64,000 nucleotides of DNA. It comes from Paraspadella gotoi (lineage: Eukaryota > Animalia > Chaetognatha). A program made the translations under genes and the position numbers. The stretch covers positions 5,128,883 to 5,192,882 of the forward strand of contig CM119267.1 of the NCBI GenBank assembly GCA_051294375.1. Reading direction: 5' to 3'. Shown here piece after piece: positions 57,837-64,000 of this stretch (the stretch's first letter is position 1; every line of letters starts with the position of its first letter). Below the pieces are notes generated by a model that was not told the DNA's origin, searched no databases, and saw only the letters and a program-made list of their open reading frames with translations.

Positions 57837-57883
57837 GAGTTTACGAGACTCTTTGGAAATTCTTTATGGGTTAGAGAGGTCTT
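54189..57883 (-). repeat. Right arm of ~3.6-kb inverted duplication
   Basis: From 'gccggatcgagccctggc' to 'gggttagagaggtctt', ending exactly at a 25-N gap. ORF-track products mirror the left arm (e.g. 49930 + and 56142 -). Confidence 0.95.
54257..54460 (+). mobile_element. HINE-like copy (mirror of 51815-52017)
   Basis: tttttAGTTGCgccgcgagtagtcggggaGCAACTctata..., then (gtcg/gtct)n, then cggcgcaacacattcc. Confidence 0.72.
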
Positions 57884-58300
57884 NNNNNNNNNNNNNNNNN
57901 NNNNNNNNGACTGTCAAACGTCGTCGGTTAGAAAAGAAAAACCCGGTGAAACAGATTTATTTTTTTAGGAGGCTCATGGCTACTTGGTGAGGCATATATC
58001 AAAAGATAAATAGGATAATATGGACAGATATATATGTTATATGAGAGGATGCAATAGTTAGGCCACAACCAATTTGACGTGAGATAAACTCCCCGCGACA
58101 CAAAATTTGAACGAAAACTACGAGTTCAACGAAAAACGACGACGACGCAAGTCTTTGGTGGAAGATAAGAATTGTGAGTAGAAGAGACGGTCCAAAGTAG
58201 AGGATTTTGAAAAGCACAAAAGGAATAAAAAAGAAGAAGAAGAAGAAGAAATGAAATTTATTTTCTTCCTTATTTTTCGCGCTTCTGATTGGCTGAAAAG

Positions 58301-58432
58301 TGCGACCGTTTGTGACCGCGTGTGACCGGTCACACTCGGTCGCACGAAAATTTGTGACTGCTTGTGACCGTGTGTGACCGCCTTGTGACAGGCTGTGACT
58401 GCTTGTGACCGCTTGTGACGAGGCAGTGACCA
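58301..58432. repeat. ~11-bp TGTGAC-core minisatellite with an internal 16-bp palindrome
   Basis: About 10 'tgtgac(c/t)g' units; palindrome gtgtgaccggtcacac at ~58319-58334. Confidence 0.8.
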
Positions 58433-58770
58433 GGCTCCATTATTGGTCGAAATATAAAGAAGAAGTGACCGAGGATTTCTATTGGTCATATTTGTTGAAT
58501 TACGATTGGTGGCTTTTTCCTTAAACTTAAACTACTGAACGGAACGACCTTACCAATCCCTTCTTTTCTAAACTCACCCATCACCTCACTTCAACTCATT
58601 CGCTTAGAAACAAACTTCTCCCATCCCTCGCCATCCCAATTCTCAACCGCCTTCAACCTCCCAGCCTCATTTTACAAAATTCCATATTCCTAAATTACTT
58701 AAAAATATATGAACAATACGACCGATTCTAAAGTCGAAACAATCCTAATTTGGTAAACCTCTTTTCTCGC

Positions 58771-59015
58771 CACCACATCCCTTTAACTCACCACTACCAA
58801 AATAAACAACCACATCCTTGAAAACTCAACACAGCCTTAAAAATTCACCACAGCCATAAAAACTCACCACAGCCGAAGTCATTAAACAACAACATCCTTG
58901 AAAACTCACCACAACCGAAGTCAATAAAGAACCACATCCTTGAAAACTCACCACAGCCTTCAAAACTCGCCACAACCGAAATCAATAAACAACCACATCC
59001 CATAAAACTCACCCC
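58771..59015 (+). repeat. Compound minisatellite (18-bp subunit AAAACTCACCACAGCC.. within 47-65-bp units)
   Basis: Recurrent 'accacatccttgaaaactcaccaca' and 'tcaataaacaacc'. Confidence 0.8.
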
Positions 59016-59994
59016 AACCCTGAATCTCCGCGAAAAAAAACCATTTAAAAAAAATCCCATTTCTCATTCACTCCCGCCATCTTAAATCACTCATCCATCG
59101 CCTTCATTGGCTTCTCCGATGACGTAAACACTTCCCCAGTTCCATCTCAATCATAGAGACGACGACGACGACTACAACAACAACAACAATGATTCCAAGC
59201 CGTGGTAACCTATTCCTCATCCAATCACCCATCGACTCCTACCTCTTACCCACTTTCGAATTACATCCTGGTTTTGTAACCTCTCCTCTTACATCCCTGA
59301 AGTCTCTTCCTCCTCAATTTCTCTCTCGACTTTGTCGTCTCCTCGTCGTCATTATCGTCGTCAACATTGTCCCCGCCGCCTGGGGTCGAAGGGATAATGA
59401 ATTTCTACCCAAAGACATGGGGTACGACCATTGTTGATCCTTTCCAAATGTTATGCCTTATGGGCTCAAGAGTTTTTATTGTCGCGGTTTTCCGTCTTGT
59501 TGTCCGATGTGTTCGCTCATCGTCGACTGTTATCGATTCTCTCCGACTCGACGTTCCGCTGCTTAAACATCAACAATTTCCGGCACTATTTTTCGAGAGC
59601 GGCCCGTTTCTTTTGATAATCCTTGAACTATTCAACCCTAATTGTTGGACATAAACTTTTGCGAAATGTTTAGAATGGAAACAAACTTACTTCATTTATG
59701 AATCCCTAAACTAAATCTTATTCATAAATCATGACCCAATTTTTAAATTTTAACCCCTTACTTAATTCTGAATTTAAGTTGAAATGTGGCGCTTTTAGAA
59801 AATATGGCCCAAATTCTATCCCAAAACCAGGCATACCGCCTTACCGTCCTTAAACACCCTTAAACTAAATTTAGCTCTACTTTTCCTTCCCGCCCCCATA
59901 TTTTTTTAAAAATTACTTCCCATTGAGTAAAAAAAACCAACAACTTGATGCCACCAGCTAATGGCACAAAAACTCCCTCCGATTTTCTATCCTG

Positions 59995-60096
59995 ACCACC
60001 TCCGCGACTTTCTTGGCACTTTTTTCCACTTCTAACCACCCATGGTTAAACCACCTCCGCGACTTTCTTGGCACTTTTTTCCTCTTCTAACCACCC
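59995..60096 (+). repeat. ~55-bp direct tandem duplication
   Basis: 'accacctccgcgactttcttggcacttttttcc.cttctaaccaccc' occurs twice. Confidence 0.85.
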
Positions 60097-60749
60097 TTTC
60101 CGCCCCGTGCTTCTGCCGCACCCACCTCAGCTCTTAAGTGCATTTCTCCAAAAAAAAATAAACTAAAAAACCAACCAACGTCTCAAAACTGATCTCTTCT
60201 CCCCAGCCCCCGCATTCTACTCACTCCCACAACCTCGCCCTAACTTACCCTTCCTCCCCAATCCTCCCACGCTCTCCCCCCCAACGCCCCCTTTCCTCCT
60301 TTCCCAACCACTTCCGGCTTACGAGGCTTCTCTCATAGCAGACGAGCGCGCCGTTGGGCGCAAACATTTAGCGAAGGCCCTCTATCGGAGAAAGAAAATG
60401 GGGTTTTCGAAGGGGCCCGACTTGGTATTCTCGCGCCTGTGAAATTTCACTTCTATGGCGCATTTTTCCTCTTTTTTTTTAATTTATGGTCCTCGCTATT
60501 TTCTCTTTGGCCGCGTCCCCGCTTTTTCCGCCCTCTCCCTTCTCCCTCACCTTCTCTCTCACGACAAATGTTGGTGAGTTGTGACTTTGGGTCCATTGGC
60601 CACTGACTCCCCCGAACTCGTTCACTATCACGTCCTCCTCCTCTTCCTTCCCCCCCTCCCCCCGCTCTGCCTTCCCTGACATCACGAGACCCCGAGTGAC
60701 ATAATTCGGCTAAATCGGTCTCACGAATTTAGCCTCATCTGCCTCCTCG

Positions 60750-61168
60750 TCTCTCATCTCCTCTCATCTCATCTTCTCTCATCTCTACTCATCTATAATC
60801 CAGTCTTATCTCCTACCATTCATCCTCATATTCTATCACCAATCTTCTCATCTCATTTCTGCTATCATTTCCTCTCATCATCTCTTATTTACTTTGATTT
60901 AATCTCACTTCCTCTCATCTCCTATCATCTCATCTCCTCTCATCTCTATCATCTCTTATCCGTCCTTTTATTCTATCACCAATCATTTCCTCTCATCTTC
61001 TATTATTTACTTTGATTCAATCTCACTTCCTCTTATCTCATCTCCTCTGATCTCTACTCATCTCTTATCCCGTATCATCCATCCTCTTATTCTATCACCA
61101 ATCATTTCCTCTCATCTCCTACTATCTGCTACCATTTCCTCCCATCTTCTGTCATCTCCTCTCATCCC
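60750..61168 (+). repeat. Degenerate (CATCT)n array with higher-order ~120-140-bp repetition
   Basis: 'tattctatcaccaatc' recurs at ~60829, ~60969 and ~61088; 'tttactttgatt.aatctcacttcctct' occurs twice. Confidence 0.75.
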
Positions 61169-61279
61169 TTTGGAGATCGCGAGATACAAAGATCGAGAGA
61201 TGGACTGACGTCGACGAAACGTAAAGAAGTGAGGAAGAGAATAAGGGAGAGAAACCGTTTTTCAACGTTAAGGATGATG

Positions 61280-61310
<31 letters not shown>

Positions 61311-61691
61311 TTATTAAAAACTTTTTTTGGTGAGACAATCATATCAGCGACGCATTGTCGTTGTGGTTTTTTAGTTATTGTTATCGCTATTATCATTGTT
61401 GTTAATCTAAACTTATTCAATCGCCAATAAATCAAAAAACGACTACAACAAGATCGACAACAACCAAAGAATCCTTGAAGGCAGACGTCACTTCCAGATA
61501 AGACGAATCCCCGTTAAATTCTCAGTCCATCCGTCTGTCCGTTCCCTTCCTCCCCCTCACATCCATCCGTCCATCTTTCTCAACGTTCGTCCCAATCGTC
61601 CTCTCATTAGTTCATCATACCAATCCGTCCGTCCGTCGAGCCTCCCTTCACGCGTCCGACAAGTCAGTTTCACCTATTTCATCCATCACGA

Positions 61692-61729
<38 letters not shown>

Positions 61730-63689
61730 CGATTCTACTAAGCGTCTCGGGCGAGCGAAGATTCCGAGTGAATAATTTAAAGGGAGCGAATTTATGGATT
61801 TCGGACGAGTTAACTTTAATTTTTCAGCGACCATAAACTTTTGACGAAAATTCATGGGGCGATTCCCGTCGCACGTGCCAATTCCGAGGTTGGATTAAAA
61901 AAAAAATTCAAAAGGATTCGATTTTTTACTTTTTTTTTTGGTGGGCGAATAATTTTATACAATTTTATTTTAATTCTTTTTTTTTCATAGATTTGTTGGT
62001 TTGTTGTTGTTCATTGTTTAGTGGGGGGGGTTTCAGATCCAAACATTAGTGTTCACTTAAAATGAAAAAAATAGGGTTTAACGGTTTTCCTATTGATAGA
62101 CTGATGGACTGATTACATATTTTTGAAGATGTATCTATGAAATTGGTACAACCAAAAATTATCCATTCATTTAATAAATATCTTGCCCCTGACTTTGGAC
62201 TGGCTTGGGTGGTTTAAGGCTTCCATCACTCTTACAAAATAATGACATAGCAGGTCTCTGCAAGCTTTCATCAAGACTCTCTCATTCATTTCACTAGAAA
62301 TTTCTAATAAAAGTAATTTTTCGAGGGGCGATTTTTTTTTAAATAAAAATCATTTGTCGAAATAAAAAAATTCGATATTTTATAACGAAACAAACAAAAA
62401 TGAAAAGAATTCTACCTCTTGAAACAAACAATAACAAGTCAAACTAATTTTATTCGTGAGTCTGTGAACTACACTTCTAATCACCGAGAATAAAAAAAAC
62501 TTTTAAGTTTTTTTCTTTTCAATTTCGTCAGCAAAATAAGAGAATCACGATTCCTTTGCTCGACGACTCAGTTTGGCTTCGCCAACTTTCTTTTCTTATT
62601 TATCCTTTTTTGTCTTTTTTTTTTTGTTTGGTAACCATCGAATATTTATGCTTGTCAGCTTGAACCGACACTGACGGTTGATTTTTCTTTCCCTTCCCCC
62701 ATTGTTTAAGCATTTCATTAGAGCCACTCTCTCTCTCTCTTTTCTCTTCTCTCTCTTCTCTCTTCTCTCTCGCTCTCTCCCCCCCTTGATCCATCCGTCC
62801 CTCTCTCTCTCTCTTTCTCTCTCTCACTTCCTTTCCTTTTCTCTCTGGCGCCTGTGCTTGCATTTGCTTGGCGACTGTTTGGTTATACATTTCCCGCTNN
62901 NNNNNNNNNNNNNNNNNNNNNNNNNNNNNNNNNNNNNNNNNNNNNNNNNNNNNNNNNNNNNNNNNNNNNNNNNNNNNNNNNNNNNNNNNNNNNNNNNNNN
63001 NNNNNNNNNNNNNNNNNNNNNNNNNNNNNNNNNNNNNNNNNNNNNNNNNNNNNNNNNNNNNNNNNNNNNNNNNNNNNNNNNNNNNNNNNNNNNNNNNNNN
63101 NNNNNNNNNNNNNNNNNNNNNNNNNNNNNNNNNNNNNNNNNNNNNNNNNNNNNNNNNNNNNNNNNNNNNNNNNNNNNNNNNNNNNNAGGCCAAAACAAAT
63201 GACGATATCGATGCAGTAAAAAAAAAGTTCCCCTGGGCGAACCGAAGCCTTACCTGCCTTAACTCCCTCACCTGCGCCGCTTACCCGATCGAGGACCAAC
63301 ATTTTTTTGTATTCGTTTAAGGTCAATAACTTTTCCGGTGCAGATGTCACAAAATAAGTAAGGTGTGGCGAATCCATTTTAAGAGAAAAAACCAAAAAAC
63401 CCAAAAAATAGCGAAATAATTGAGATTCTCAACGAACTTAACCCGCCAAAACAAAACCTTACCCGGCCAAAAAACAAAAAAGTGCAATATCCCCTTAACC
63501 TCCCCCCCCGCACTCCCCGCGCACCTCGGTTAGAAAGTAAGGCGATATGGCGAAAGGGGATGGAAAATAATGGCGACGCTCGGCGACGTTGAAAAGAAAA
63601 AAAAAACGATAAGCGGGGAAAAAGAGGGGAAGAAAATTGGGAGGCAGGGTCGGTATGGGGGAGAAAGGGAGGAGAGAGAGAGAGAGAGG

Positions 63690-63762
<73 letters not shown>

Positions 63763-64000
63763 CAGGGTTTAGGGGCAAAAGAATGGAATAGAAATGAAGG
63801 AGCAAACTTTGAAAAAATATAAATTGGGTTAATGGGGAAGTAAAAAAAAAATGTCTGAAGAAGGAAATTAACAATTGAGGGCTGAAGAAAGAAATAGCGA
63901 ATCTTAACTTACTTTTAAAGATTAAGTTTTCCGATGCTGCTGCACAAACGTTTTGTTTGGTGTAGTGACGTTTATTTATTTATTTATTTAATTTCTTTCT

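Noticed and set aside
59189-59654. Overlapping short ORFs after a promoter-like cluster
   Set aside because: Short, with stops in the alternative frames examined, no domain and no splice support.
63187-63404. Protein-like frames next to the last gap (AKTNDDIDAVKKKFPWANRS... on +; ...EKLLTLNEYKKMLVLDRV... on -)
   Set aside because: Truncated by the N gap, with no recognisable motif or verifiable splice sites.

Overview
This is animal (probably invertebrate) nuclear DNA from a gapped, long-read-patched draft assembly, very rich in (AG)n, (ACG)n and (TGAA)n microsatellites. Most ORFs in the supplied track are microsatellite or N artefacts. Three genes are supported. (1) An intronless tRNA-Arg(TCT) on the minus strand at 1480-1552. 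(2) Two plus-strand exons (23221-23414, 26151-26298) that splice into one complete V-type Ig domain of the Turtle/IGSF9/Borderless family. (3) A three-exon minus-strand gene (47006-46905, 44108-43813, 42919-42421; 298 aa) encoding a GLTP-fold, CPTP/GLTPD2-like lipid-transfer protein. It has a signal peptide or anchor formed across a splice junction, a Ser/Pro/Thr stalk, N-glycosylation sequons and a rewired headgroup site: CPTP D56/K60/R106/R110 align to E/H/V/Y. This gene is the most interesting object here and may be nested antisense in an intron of the Turtle-like gene. A large part of the window is duplicated: a 4.4-6.1 kb triplication, a ~5 kb tandem copy carrying a frameshifted GLTP copy, and two inverted duplications. 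Most junctions abut N-gaps, four of them exactly 25 N, so these are mostly assembly or haplotype artefacts. Non-autonomous mobile elements include a DINE-1/HINE-like family, a MITE with hairpin TIRs and a telomere-like interior, and a 2.2-kb AT-rich TIR element. All protein comparisons were made by eye against remembered family sequences; no searches were run.
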